This document shows positions 28,977 through 39,291 of a stretch of 64,000 nucleotides of DNA, piece by piece. Origin of the DNA: a phage; the sequence record PZ242158.1; one strand, written 5' to 3'. Position 1 is the stretch's first letter, and every line of letters starts with the position of its first letter. Made by a program: the position numbers and the translations under genes. The notes under the pieces were generated by a model. The model saw nothing but the letters and a program-made list of their open reading frames with translations. It was not told the origin of the DNA and did not search any database.

Positions 28977-30346
28977 TGGAAAAAGGGCAGTATGATGTAG
29001 GCACAGATGCTGCCCTCGTTGCAATCATGAGTGGTGAGAATGTCTTCGTTTCAGGACCCGCAGGTTGTGGGAAGACGTACCTCATCAACATGATCCAGTC
29101 AATGTATGGAGACTCTTGCATAACGGTTGCCCCGACAGGGGTAGCCGCTTTAAACGTTAATGGAGCAACAGCACACCGAACCTTCGATCTTGCAGCAGGT
29201 GTGAGCATGGAGTCAGACTGGACCGCAATAAGGGCAAAAACAGCAAAGCCTTTGAAAAGCAAGGCATTTACCATCCTAATTATCGATGAAATCTCTATGA
29301 TCCGTGCTGATAAGTTTATAGAGATGGATAGGAAACTCCGCTTCCTTCGAAAAAATGACAAACCTTTCGGAGGCATACAGGTCATATTGTTTGGCGATTT
29401 TTACCAGGCCCCTCCTGTTGTCTCTTCTATGGAGAAGGAGGCCTATTTCAACTTCTACCATACGGACCTGTGTTGCTATACCGAATCTTGGAAAGAGCTT
29501 GACCTCCACAACATAGCCCTAATAGATCAGTTCCGACAGGAGTCTATTCGATTTGCCACAATGCTCAACTGTGTTCGTGAGGGTCGTCGCATAAAAGAGG
29601 TTGTAGCAGAACTTAATGCTCGCTGTTACAAAGGTGGTGTACCAACAGATGCTCTCACAATTTGCGCCACCAACAAACAAGCAGAGGAAGTGAACAGAAG
29701 GTTCTATGATGCCATCAACGCCCCAGAGAAGGTATACACTGGTGAAATGAAGGGTAAGTTTCCCTCCACCCTGCCAGTTGAGCAGGAGATGAAGTTGAAA
29801 ATTGGCATGAAAGTTATGATAACCGCCAACGATGTTGACCCGACGCACAAAGTACCTTATTATGTTAACGGAACACGTGCCACAATTGTTAAATTTAAGA
29901 ACAAGGCAGTGGTGGTAGAGCTTGAAGATGGAACACAGGTTGACATAGAGCAAAGGTTGTGGGAGAATAACGAGTATAAGCCATCTCAGAGATACAACAT
30001 TGCAGAAAGGAAGATGGAGAAGTTTATAGAGAGGGTAGTGATTGGGTCATACAGGCAACTTCCTCTGAAATCTGGGTATGCCGTAACATCTCATAAAAGT
30101 CAAGGACTTACGCTAGATTGTTACAACCTGGACCTTGGAAAGAACGGAGCTTTCTCTCCTGGGATGACGTATGTTGCTTTGAGTCGGGTTAAGACAATAC
30201 AAGGAATAAACTTGTTGCGTCCACTAAGAGAAGTTGACATTATTGTTGACCCGCGAGTCGTAGAGTTTTACAATACAACATTCCCTGACTTAGACAAAAT
30301 TGTCAGGAAAGATTTTGAAACCAGAGCAGAAGAGGGGGACGTATGA
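28976..30346 (+). CDS. SF1B DNA helicase (Dda/Pif1/RecD-like)
   Basis: Walker A VFVSGPAGCGKTY, motif Ia APTGVAALNV, Walker B LIIDEISMI, motif III LFGDFYQAPPV, motif V TSHKSQGLTLD, motif VI VALSRVKT. Confidence 0.8.
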   Translation: MEKGQYDVGTDAALVAIMSGENVFVSGPAGCGKTYLINMIQSMYGDSCITVAPTGVAALNVNGATAHRTFDLAAGVSMESDWTAIRAKTAKPLKSKAFTILIIDEISMIRADKFIEMDRKLRFLRKNDKPFGGIQVILFGDFYQAPPVVSSMEKEAYFNFYHTDLCCYTESWKELDLHNIALIDQFRQESIRFATMLNCVREGRRIKEVVAELNARCYKGGVPTDALTICATNKQAEEVNRRFYDAINAPEKVYTGEMKGKFPSTLPVEQEMKLKIGMKVMITANDVDPTHKVPYYVNGTRATIVKFKNKAVVVELEDGTQVDIEQRLWENNEYKPSQRYNIAERKMEKFIERVVIGSYRQLPLKSGYAVTSHKSQGLTLDCYNLDLGKNGAFSPGMTYVALSRVKTIQGINLLRPLREVDIIVDPRVVEFYNTTFPDLDKIVRKDFETRAEEGDV

Positions 30347-30684
30347 GTTTGTGGAGAAATATCGTTAACTACGTGTGCGGCAATCCAACTCCTGAAGAGA
30401 AGGATGTTGTGATTCACGATTTTACTAAAAGATCTCGTGAAAAAGATCTACTGCTAACAAAGGTGACTGATAAAGATCCTGCAGTAGGGGACTGGGCAGG
30501 TTTTGCGTTTACATCGGACAAATACACCTTTAACAAAGGTGACTACCTTGTTGTGGATTTTAACGAAGACATTGAGGGTGCTGAACCTTACTATCAAACC
30601 CTTATTGTTGCAGGGTGTGTTGATCTCTCTGCAGGCATGCACAGTTTGATTCTTTTTGAGCTTGACTCTGAAGACCTTGAGTAG
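30343..30684 (+). CDS. hypothetical protein
   Basis: 113-aa ORF overlapping helicase stop. Confidence 0.35.
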   Translation: MSLWRNIVNYVCGNPTPEEKDVVIHDFTKRSREKDLLLTKVTDKDPAVGDWAGFAFTSDKYTFNKGDYLVVDFNEDIEGAEPYYQTLIVAGCVDLSAGMHSLILFELDSEDLE

Positions 30685-30744
30685 TAAGATGTGAGTATAA
30701 AGGGGAGGCACTCCTCCCCACAAAAACTAAGGAAGCACTAAACG

Positions 30745-31047
30745 ATGAAACGTTATAAACCATACACTTTTGAAATCGATTTCGAACTTGACGATATGTT
30801 TACTGTGGAAGCTCAGGCAGTTGTCCAGTTGCCAGACTCGGAGTGCCGTGACTCTGATGTTGACTATTACGGGTTTAGACAAATTACCGATGTGCGTGTT
30901 TACCACAACGGTGAAGAGGTGGACTTCCACCAACTGCCAAACGATATGCGCCACTCAATTTACAAACGTGCAGCCCGTGAACTAGAGTCCTATCTGGATG
31001 CAGCGACGACAGCAGCTGCATTTGCTGAAGAAGTGGGAGGTTTCTGA
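30745..31047 (+). CDS. hypothetical protein
   Basis: 100-aa ORF, SD AAGGAAG. Confidence 0.4.
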   Translation: MKRYKPYTFEIDFELDDMFTVEAQAVVQLPDSECRDSDVDYYGFRQITDVRVYHNGEEVDFHQLPNDMRHSIYKRAARELESYLDAATTAAAFAEEVGGF

Positions 31048-31442
31048 TGATTACAGGTGTGAAGATTATCCAATACCACTTAACCAAATTGGAAGATGCT
31101 GAAAAAGAGCTTGCAGAAGTTCTGAATAGTGGATATACTTTGCTATCATGCGCCTGCTCAGACACATACGCTGTGTGGACACTTATCCGGAAGGAAGAGC
31201 CTGCGGGGATCTTGGTGCCAAACCCTAAGATCATTAGTGAGGTGGATGACTACGCTCAGGACGGCCTGCCAGAAGGCTGGGAAGTATGGGAAGGTGGTGA
31301 AAACCCTGCACCAGGTAAGTGGGTAAAATACAAACTGCGTAGTGGCGCACAGTACGCTGACTATTCTGATGACCTGGACTGGAGTCATTCTTCACCAGAA
31401 TCATCTGCAAGTTCCTATGATATCATAGCTTTTAAGGAATAA
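31047..31442 (+). CDS. hypothetical protein
   Basis: 131-aa ORF. Confidence 0.4.
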   Translation: MITGVKIIQYHLTKLEDAEKELAEVLNSGYTLLSCACSDTYAVWTLIRKEEPAGILVPNPKIISEVDDYAQDGLPEGWEVWEGGENPAPGKWVKYKLRSGAQYADYSDDLDWSHSSPESSASSYDIIAFKE

Positions 31443-31454
31443 GGAGAAGGTGGT

Positions 31455-31937
31455 ATGTCAGATTTTATGTGGAAAGTTGGTTATTCCTCCCCTGAAATGT
31501 GTAAGGCCTGTTTTGTGAAAATAGGTCGCGAGGATATCGACAAAGTGATTCTTAAGTTTCGTGATGTGGCTGTAATCGGCAACCGAGTGCTTAAGCACTT
31601 AAAGAATCTGAAGCTCACCAAAAAGAAGTTCTTTGGACTTTTCGAAGAGAAGGTTGATGCTTGGACCCATTGCATTCAGGAAGCTAAATCTCACTACAGT
31701 GCTATCATTACCCCAGAACGGGTAGCCAAGATGGAAGGATTCATCAACAGCACAGAGTTTGAGTGCCTGAAAGCTGCACTTGATAGTTATCCGAAATGCC
31801 TCAAGCACTTGGACAAGTATGTAGAAAAGGATGGGGAAATGTACCTAACCCTGGACGCATATTATGAGATGCAAGAAATTTTAAATTTAGATTTGACATT
31901 GGTATCCACCGAGTATACAATAGGTATCCGGGTTTAA
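31455..31937 (+). CDS. hypothetical protein
   Basis: 160-aa ORF, SD AAGGAGAAGG. Confidence 0.4.
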   Translation: MSDFMWKVGYSSPEMCKACFVKIGREDIDKVILKFRDVAVIGNRVLKHLKNLKLTKKKFFGLFEEKVDAWTHCIQEAKSHYSAIITPERVAKMEGFINSTEFECLKAALDSYPKCLKHLDKYVEKDGEMYLTLDAYYEMQEILNLDLTLVSTEYTIGIRV

Positions 31938-31943
31938 CACTAG

Positions 31944-31970
31944 GCCCTGCCCGAAAGGGTGGGGCTTTTT
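31944..31970 (+). terminator. intrinsic terminator (copy 1 of a duplicated hairpin)
   Basis: GCCCTGCCC-gaaa-GGGTGGGGC + TTTTT; the same 22-nt hairpin recurs at 43605. Confidence 0.6.
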
Positions 31971-31988
31971 GCATTAGGAGACAGCAAA

Positions 31989-32753
31989 TTGAAATTCATC
32001 TACAAAGAACACTACCACAAAGGTGTTGTGTGGAGTCTATTTGACGGGTCTGGTGGTGCAGTTATTGACTGGGCGAAAGCTGGGTACCTGTGCCTGTGCT
32101 TTAATGCAGAAGGTGCTGACCACGGCAGTTATGCAGAGGTGATAACCGATCATCCTAACATTCACTATGTGGATTATTGGATTGACCCATGGTTCCCTCA
32201 GGAAACTTTTTGCATGTATCCAGCTCCAGACTTTATTCTTGCATTTCCTCCGTGCACGCATTTAGCGGTATCAGGTGCTGCACATTTTAAGAAAAAGCTG
32301 GCTAAGGATCCTTTGATCCAAATTAATGCTGTAAAGGATGCTCGGGTTGCGGAAGAGTTGGGAGAGATTTACGATTGCCCGTGGCATGTAGAGAATCCTG
32401 TAGGGGTTATGTCCACACTGTGGCGAAAACCTGATTACCGTTTTCATCCTTCGGATTATGGTGGGTATTTACCGGAGGATGATGTAAACCCCTGGTTTCC
32501 TGAATTTATAGCTCCACGTGATGCCTATCCAAAAATAACTTGCGGCTGGATAGGCAATGGATTTATAATCCCGGCCACAAAACCTGTCCCGCAAATAGTT
32601 GACGCGGTTAGCGGGTATTCCATGCAACACGCCAAGCTGGGTGGAAAGAGTGCAAGAACGAAGATGATCCGAAGCCTCACGCCACGTGGCTGGGCAAAAG
32701 CCGTATTCTTAGCAAACGAGCCTGTAGTAAGGAGCAGAATTAATGGGAAGTAA
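31989..32753 (+). CDS. C5-cytosine DNA methyltransferase-like protein (small, atypical)
   Basis: Motif I-like LFDGSGG, motif IV-like AFPPCTHLAVSG (Pro-Cys), motif VI-like VENPVG; start placed at TTG 31989 after AGGAGA; the tracked GTG 31959 lies inside the terminator. Confidence 0.4.
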   Translation: MKFIYKEHYHKGVVWSLFDGSGGAVIDWAKAGYLCLCFNAEGADHGSYAEVITDHPNIHYVDYWIDPWFPQETFCMYPAPDFILAFPPCTHLAVSGAAHFKKKLAKDPLIQINAVKDARVAEELGEIYDCPWHVENPVGVMSTLWRKPDYRFHPSDYGGYLPEDDVNPWFPEFIAPRDAYPKITCGWIGNGFIIPATKPVPQIVDAVSGYSMQHAKLGGKSARTKMIRSLTPRGWAKAVFLANEPVVRSRINGK

Positions 32754-34821
32754 ATTTATGGCATCTGCATACAACCGTTTCGGTGAGCCAAACCCGAAAG
32801 CAACTAAGTATAAAAGTGGGGGGAGTGTGAAACGAGACTATCGTGATGAAAAAGAGGTTGAAACTGTAGAGACTGTTTTAGAAAATACTAAAATCGTCCC
32901 TGTCCCACAACAAAATATCGGTCTGATGGCTGCACAATATTTTGGTGTGCGATCAGCATTATCCCAAGAAGATGGTGTGACAGTCACTGCAACATATTTC
33001 CCATATTACGACCGCTACGGAAATCTGTCCGGTTTCAAAAAGCGTGACTGGACGATTCCTAAAGAGCAAAGAGGCCATTTCTCCGTTGTTGGCATAGTAA
33101 AGGCTAACTCTCAGATGTTTGGTCAAAAGCTGTGTGCATCTTCCAACAACCGTAAGCAGATTAACGTTTGTGAGGGAGAAGGTGATGTTATTGCAGCATG
33201 GCAGGCTGCATATCAGATACAAGTAAAAGGGATTCTCACCAACGCTAAAGCCCCGGCAAAGGTGAAACAGTGGGCTAAAGAGGTCCAGGACGGGATCGAT
33301 GCAGTTATCAACGGTGGCGATCTGGCAGGAAAACCATGCCTGCCTTTTGTTGGAATTAACTGTGGATGTGCAAACGCAGTAGATACTTTTGCAAACAATG
33401 AGAAGTTTATCCGTAGCTATGGAACAGTTGTGCTGGCAATGGATAACGATGCAGCTAACGAGGTAGAGAAGCAAAAACACGTCATTAAAGGTGTTGAGGC
33501 CACGCACAATATCGCAGCATTTTTGATGGCTGATAACGTTTACCACGTAGAATACCCTGGTGAAGTAAATGACCCTGACGGGGTAAAAGATATCCGTGAC
33601 ATGCTGAAGGCTAAAAAGCTGGAAGATATTGTCAACATGTTCCGGCACCCTGTTAAATATGTGCCTGATGCTGTGTCGGATTTAGAAGACTTCTCTATCG
33701 AGTCTTTGCGGAAAAAGACTTCCAACGGGGTAGATATCAGCGCAGAGTTCCCAAAACTGCAAAAAATGCTAAAAGGCTTGCACAAAGGGACACTCGTAAT
33801 GCTTACAGGGCCATCAGGGGGCGGTAAAACAACTGTAGCTAAAAAACTGGAACATTGTATTGCAAGATACCTAATGGACCCGACATGCCCGAAGGCTGAT
33901 GACTATGAAGAGGATGATCGTCTATGTATGATCCATCTTGAGGAGGACCCAGAGGAAGCAATTAACTCCTTGTATGCAAACCAGTTAGGGTTTGATGTTA
34001 AAGAGTTTGTTGAAGATCCTAGCCAGTTTTTAACTGATCAAGAACACGCAGAGATTCACCAATCATGGGCAAAAGCTGGAAAAATCAAAGTGTTCAAACA
34101 TTTCGGATCTATTCCGGTGGACGAGTTGATTACCAAGCTTAAGCAAATGGTTTGCCTGTACCATTGCCGTTATATTGTGCTGGATCACCTGTCCATGGTA
34201 ATTTCAGGGCTTAATGTTAAGGATGAGCGAAAAGAACTGGACATGGCTATGACTCAGCTGGCTGCGTTTTGTAAGCAGTTTAACGTGTTTATCTTGGTGA
34301 TCGCTCACCTCAAACGTACAGAGATTGTGCCTCCTAAGGACAAGGATGGTAACCCGTTACCTTTCTGGTATCCTGTGCGAAAAGAGAATTTGCGAGGATC
34401 GGCGGGGCTTGAACAGTTGAGTTGGGTAGTCATAGGTGTCGAGGCCGAAGAAATGGTGGATCGTTCTCGTGGACGTGTCCGTCTGGTAGGTCTTAAAAAC
34501 CGTCCAGCAAAAACTCTAGGTATTGCTGACACTTTGGTTATGGACCCGCACACAGGTAAGTTCCATGATGCCAGTAATTGGTACTGGGACAAAGAAATGC
34601 AAATGTTTACAGACGGAGAAGGTGGGGAGGTTGTTTGGAGACCTCAGGCTATGTTTGAGGATCAGGAGCATGCAGTTGTAGAAACACCTATGGGCAAGGT
34701 TGTGGCTGATAAGGTTGTAACTCCTACTGTTAAGCCTGTTGACACGCAGGAAGACCTCCAGTACGATGATCCATCCTCTGACCCGGTCCCTGGTTTTGAG
34801 GATGATGAAACGCCTTTTTAA
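32743..34821 (+). CDS. bifunctional DNA primase-helicase (TOPRIM + DnaB-family, T7 gp4-like)
   Basis: TOPRIM VCEGEGDVIAA and VVLAMDNDAANE; helicase Walker A LTGPSGGGKTT, Walker B-like IVLDHLS, H4-like RGSAGLEQLS; acidic C-terminus ending DDETPF. Confidence 0.8.
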   Translation: MGSKFMASAYNRFGEPNPKATKYKSGGSVKRDYRDEKEVETVETVLENTKIVPVPQQNIGLMAAQYFGVRSALSQEDGVTVTATYFPYYDRYGNLSGFKKRDWTIPKEQRGHFSVVGIVKANSQMFGQKLCASSNNRKQINVCEGEGDVIAAWQAAYQIQVKGILTNAKAPAKVKQWAKEVQDGIDAVINGGDLAGKPCLPFVGINCGCANAVDTFANNEKFIRSYGTVVLAMDNDAANEVEKQKHVIKGVEATHNIAAFLMADNVYHVEYPGEVNDPDGVKDIRDMLKAKKLEDIVNMFRHPVKYVPDAVSDLEDFSIESLRKKTSNGVDISAEFPKLQKMLKGLHKGTLVMLTGPSGGGKTTVAKKLEHCIARYLMDPTCPKADDYEEDDRLCMIHLEEDPEEAINSLYANQLGFDVKEFVEDPSQFLTDQEHAEIHQSWAKAGKIKVFKHFGSIPVDELITKLKQMVCLYHCRYIVLDHLSMVISGLNVKDERKELDMAMTQLAAFCKQFNVFILVIAHLKRTEIVPPKDKDGNPLPFWYPVRKENLRGSAGLEQLSWVVIGVEAEEMVDRSRGRVRLVGLKNRPAKTLGIADTLVMDPHTGKFHDASNWYWDKEMQMFTDGEGGEVVWRPQAMFEDQEHAVVETPMGKVVADKVVTPTVKPVDTQEDLQYDDPSSDPVPGFEDDETPF

Positions 34822-34879
34822 TGTTTAACAAAGAGTGGGAGGGGTAGTACAACCGCCTCCCCTTTAAGGAGAACTGTAT

Positions 34880-37303
34880 ATGAGCATGTGGTCGTTCGAT
34901 TTTGAGTCATCCGGTTTGCTGGAAGACCCAGATCTTTATTATCACTGCGGCCTGTTTAAAGAGCTGAATAAGAACCGTTTTATGCTGTTCCTTCCTCTGA
35001 ATGACCGCACACACTACTCCGAGGAGGATATAGAGAAGGCCAAGAACTTTATTCTGGCAAAGAAAACTCTTTATAAGGATTTTGAAGTTCGCATAGCAGA
35101 TTTTTCGGAGTTGGAAGGTTGGCTTACAGGAAATTCCGACTGGTCACCAACAGCTTTGAACTGCCATAACTGCTACAGTTATGACTTTATGCTGATGGAG
35201 AGATTATCCGGTATTCATTTTGATATGTTCCGTGATCCTAAATGCATGGGGACTATCAACGACCACCAGGTTAACCTGTTTGATACGTTGGCTATGAGCC
35301 GAATCTTGTGGCCTGATCGCCCTTTACCAAAAGGTTGTCCGGACGCTGTATTCAACCCGGTTACTAAGAAAATGCAACCTGTTGGTCCTCACGGCCTTAT
35401 GGCATGGGGCTACGCCCTTGGTAACCAGAAAGTTCAAATTGATGACTGGCGCGATCTTCCGCTGTGGAAATATGTGGATCGTGTGTTCGAGGACGTTATC
35501 ATCCAGGAGTTGCTCTGGAAAGAGTTGGTAGCGGAATCAAAAGGTGTATTCTACGGCAAATCTGACATGCAGAACTTTATGTATGACCCTGCCAAAGAGA
35601 AGCCTAAAGGATTCAAGAAGATTACCTGGAAGAATGCATTACGCCGAGGCATGCTGCAGCATTTCCTGATGGAGCTGCAGGCTCGACAGGGTGTGTATTT
35701 CGACATAGATGGGGCTATTGCTTTACGTGACCGCTGCGATGCGTGGATGAAAGAGATCGCTGATCGTGTTGAACCACAACTTCCTTTAAAAGAGTTATCA
35801 ATGTCTCAGCGGCCTAAGTTCCCTGAAAAGCCGTTTAACCAGGATGGGACAATCTCCAATAATGGTTGGAAATGGTTAAAAGACAAGCTTGGCTACCCTG
35901 TGGACATGAGTGCTTTAGAATTCAAAGCTCCTCCTAAGCGAGCATTTACCTCCACAGGAGATGTCAGTAAGATGGGGATAAAATGGTGTGAAGAGATGGG
36001 CTGTAAAGACCCTGACAAGATGGCGGATTTCTTGAGGGGCTATATCAAGGGCACCTCCACACCACAACCTTTACCTAAAGAGCTAATGGATCAGGCAATA
36101 AGTGATCTACAGCAGAAGCGAATGCCTGACTGCAAGATACCTATGAAAATCAGTAATCAGGACGATATTAAGCGATACCTGATCAGTGCTGGTTGGCTTC
36201 CGACAATGTGGAGAACTAAGGATGTAACTAAAGACAGCAAGAAGAAAGCTCTACCTGATGCAGATGTTGATGCACGAGTGTATGCATATATGGACGAGCT
36301 TTTAGAGTCAGAGTATTGTGACCTAATTATCAACTTCTGGAACAAAACTGATGCTAAGTTCCAGACAACCGTGCACAAGTTCCGAAGCTTTCCTAACTCC
36401 GAAAGGATTAAAAAGGAAGTATTCGGGAAAATACGTAGAAAAGCTAGGGCACTTATTACTTCTCCGCAACTGAAAGATACGTTTGGACACCTATGCCCGA
36501 ATCTTGAAAAATTGAACGGAGAGATGGCTAAAGATATCGTCTTGTGGTTATCATTGCGAAACCGCAGATCGGTCCTTGATCCAATCAAGGAGGATAAGGT
36601 TGATACTGGTCTTCTTAATCACCCACGTTTGAAGATTGACCATAAGCTTCCTGCTAAAAGTTCTGGATTAACAAACACTTCCCGACAGAAACACAGTATT
36701 TGTGCAAACATGCCTAAACCATCTCCTAAAGTGGTTATGGGTAAAGAGATGCGTAGTCTGTGGGGTGTTCCTCCAGGATACTTTGAGATCGGTATTGACG
36801 GGTCCAACTTAGAGCAGCTTATCGGGGCTTGGGGTGCCTTTGAGTTCGACAACGGCCTGTATTACGATGTTGTAAGTAACGGGGACGCACACCAAAACAA
36901 TGCTGAGGCATATACAAAAGTAGCAGGTAGAGAGGTGTCTCGTAACGACGGTAAACCTATCACGTATGGGGTTATGTATGGGGCACAAAAAGATAAAGTT
37001 GCAGATATGCTGGACATCTCTCCAGAGTTGGGACAAAGGGTAATCGATGCACTCTGGGATGCCAACCCTGGTCTTAAGGGGCGTAAAGAAGATCTGGAGA
37101 AATTCTGGGAAGCAACGGGTAAGAAGTTTATCTACTCTTTTGATGGTCATGCTATCTGGACCCGATCTAAACACTCTTTACTTAATGCATACCAACAAAA
37201 TGGCGGCGCATCGTTGTGTGACTTAGTTGGGATACTCATGCACCATCAAATGGTGAAGCGTGGGTGGTACGATGAAGGTGTTCGTCGTATTATCTATTAC
37301 CAT
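34880..37303 (+). CDS. family A DNA polymerase, exon 1 (3'-5' exonuclease plus polymerase motifs A and B)
   Basis: Exo I FDFESSG; motif A EIGIDGSNLEQL; motif B RNDGKPITYGVMYG; frame ends ...RIIYYH just before motif C, then K and stop inside the intron. Confidence 0.8.
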
Positions 37304-38145
37304 AAATAACATTGTGGCTTCGTGCAGTGATGCACGTCGAAAACCTCTTTAATTGACGGGAAGGCTAAGTTGACTTTTACACCTAAACATGGTAAAAGCT
37401 CAATATGCTAATCCGCAGCGAAGACTAAAGGGGTGTAGTTAAAATGGCTAGATCAGTTGATTATCACGGATATACCGTGTTTGATGATGGAACAATACCT
37501 TTATCGAAACGTGATCATACAACAATGTTTTGTTTTGATAATGGTCGAGGTTACCTTTGCGTAACCATGTTCATCGAGGGGAAGCAGTGCACAAAAGGTG
37601 TCCACCACTTGGTTGCTGAATGCTTTGTATCAAACCCTGATCCTGAAAGGCTCACATGGGTGAACCATAAGGACGGAAACAAATACAACAATGCATACTG
37701 GAACCTTGAATGGACCACCCCTGGTGGAAATATCAAACACGCTTATGATAATGACCTCAGAGTAAGGCCAGTCGGTGAGTATAATGCCAACGCTGTACTG
37801 ACCGAGGATGAGGTAACGGAGATTTGCGAACTGTTACAGAGTGGTCTACGACAATGCGAGATTAGGGATCTTGGGTATCCTTATGAGACGGTCAGAGCCA
37901 TAAAGCAAAGAAGACAGTGGAAACATATCTCTAAAAACTACACCTGGTAGTAACGTTCAGAGACTATCGAAAGCATAGCGCCAACATAAATTGGTGCGAA
38001 GAAGCGAGTAGAGTAGGCCAGCAAGTGCGGTCGAAATGGGAGGTGCCTTGGTAACAAGGTAGTGAGATAGTCCGATCCATACAGGAAACTGTATGGCTGT
38101 GCACGTAATGGTGCGGGGTAGCTTAACGACCTACCTGAACTATTG
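37304..38145 (+). mobile_element. group I self-splicing intron (842 nt) carrying an HNH homing endonuclease
   Basis: Conserved P (aattgacgggaagg, 37341), Q (aatccgcagc, 37400), R (gttcagagacta, 37955) and S (agatagtcc, 38065) elements; 5' exon ends in U, intron ends in G at 38145; splice joins YYH to DEYQLQV. Confidence 0.75.
37444..37950 (+). CDS. intron-encoded HNH homing endonuclease
   Basis: VNHKDGNKYNNAYWNLEWTT (HNH_3-type motif); own SD AAAGGGG; lies between the Q and R elements. Confidence 0.7.
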   Translation: MARSVDYHGYTVFDDGTIPLSKRDHTTMFCFDNGRGYLCVTMFIEGKQCTKGVHHLVAECFVSNPDPERLTWVNHKDGNKYNNAYWNLEWTTPGGNIKHAYDNDLRVRPVGEYNANAVLTEDEVTEICELLQSGLRQCEIRDLGYPYETVRAIKQRRQWKHISKNYTW

Positions 38146-38499
38146 GATGAGTACCAACTTCAGGTCCCTGACACACCTAAGTATAAGACTGTGTACACCT
38201 TCGACACAATTGAAGAATTGGAAGCATTTAAGGCAGAGCAGGAGGCCAAACTTCATGTGTTCGACGGTCATAAGTACAAAAAGGCACGCAAGGATGAAAA
38301 CGGAAACGAAGTGGTTGACAGAGACGGAAACACGGTGTACGATCCTATCCTGAACGATGACGGAAAGCTTGAACTTATCTGGAGCCCTGTGGGTGAAATG
38401 GTGGTGCATTGCTTCTGGCAAGCTTCTAAAATGATGGGAGTCCCGTTCCAGATCACAGGTGAATACTTGTGTGGTCGTAACTGGGGTGATTGTCACTAA
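38146..38499 (+). CDS. family A DNA polymerase, exon 2 (motif C and C-terminus)
   Basis: Frame opens at 38122, no ATG/SD; begins DEYQLQV (completes the HDE motif C) and ends GRNWGDCH with the C-terminal His conserved in Pol A enzymes. Confidence 0.6.
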   Translation, partial: DEYQLQVPDTPKYKTVYTFDTIEELEAFKAEQEAKLHVFDGHKYKKARKDENGNEVVDRDGNTVYDPILNDDGKLELIWSPVGEMVVHCFWQASKMMGVPFQITGEYLCGRNWGDCH

Positions 38500-38866
38500 T
38501 GTAAACTATCAACACATGGAAGTGTTGTTGAGCAAAGAGGAGACTTTTATGGTAGTAGAACCAACAAAAACATTTACATCCATGACTATCCCTGTTATTA
38601 TGCAGGTGGAGTGTGTTCAGGTATCTCAAGTGTGGCCAGGCACTAAAATCCCAACAGGGCCTGATTTCTTTCAGGTTGGGAAAGTGTACAATGTCTGGAA
38701 AGCACCAGATTGTCACCCTTTCATTAAAGAGAAGGCACCAAATTGCTACCCTTTCATCAAAGATGACCGTGGAATGCTGTGGTATCTTGGAAATGACTTG
38801 ACACTGCACCTTGGGAATGCTATTATTGCAGTATTCAGACTTAACAAGAAGGAGACTGATCAATGA
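38459..38866 (+). CDS. hypothetical protein
   Basis: 135-aa ORF overlapping the end of polymerase exon 2; start uncertain. Confidence 0.35.
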   Translation: MNTCVVVTGVIVTNVNYQHMEVLLSKEETFMVVEPTKTFTSMTIPVIMQVECVQVSQVWPGTKIPTGPDFFQVGKVYNVWKAPDCHPFIKEKAPNCYPFIKDDRGMLWYLGNDLTLHLGNAIIAVFRLNKKETDQ

Positions 38867-39090
38867 CGACTTTGGTTAAAGCTACCTTTGTAGAAGAAAA
38901 GATGACAGACCTGTCATTCTTTAAAGAAGGAAAGACCTACGAGGTTTATTACGATAAAGCTCGTGCAAACAAAATGATTAAAGACGAGGAAGGGGTTGCC
39001 TGGTATATCTCTCACCTGGCAAACGGTGAGTATCATATCTACGGAACCACTTTGCTTGCCAAGTTTGTAGTTGTTGAAGAGGACCTATGA
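38863..39090 (+). CDS. hypothetical protein
   Basis: 75-aa ORF, 4-nt overlap. Confidence 0.4.
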   Translation: MTTLVKATFVEEKMTDLSFFKEGKTYEVYYDKARANKMIKDEEGVAWYISHLANGEYHIYGTTLLAKFVVVEEDL

Positions 39091-39281
39091 AAGTAAAGTA
39101 TCTGGCTGAGGGTATGAGTAGGTATTTCACCCTTGGTGAAGAATATTGGCCCTTTACAAGCAACGGCGATGTCTACGTGAAAGATAATTTCGGCACGCCG
39201 TGGTTTCTGCACCCTAATGGGCTGGGATACTCCATTTACTGCGGTGCAGTGAACAACACAACACTTGCAGAGTTTGTATAG
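39087..39281 (+). CDS. hypothetical protein
   Basis: 64-aa ORF, 4-nt overlap. Confidence 0.4.
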   Translation: MKVKYLAEGMSRYFTLGEEYWPFTSNGDVYVKDNFGTPWFLHPNGLGYSIYCGAVNNTTLAEFV

Positions 39282-39291
39282 AGGAGGTAGA

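Noticed and set aside
31959-32753. GTG start at 31959 for the methyltransferase-like gene, and track starts at 21116, 24803, 52727 and 20025
   Set aside because: These upstream starts fall inside terminator hairpins or promoter elements, or overlap the preceding gene, and lack an SD; internal starts with good SD spacing were preferred.
38143-38499. Independent 118-aa gene starting at TTG 38143
   Set aside because: There is no SD, the frame is open upstream to 38122, and the product begins with the missing polymerase motif C and ends with the Pol A C-terminus; reinterpreted as exon 2 of the intron-split polymerase.
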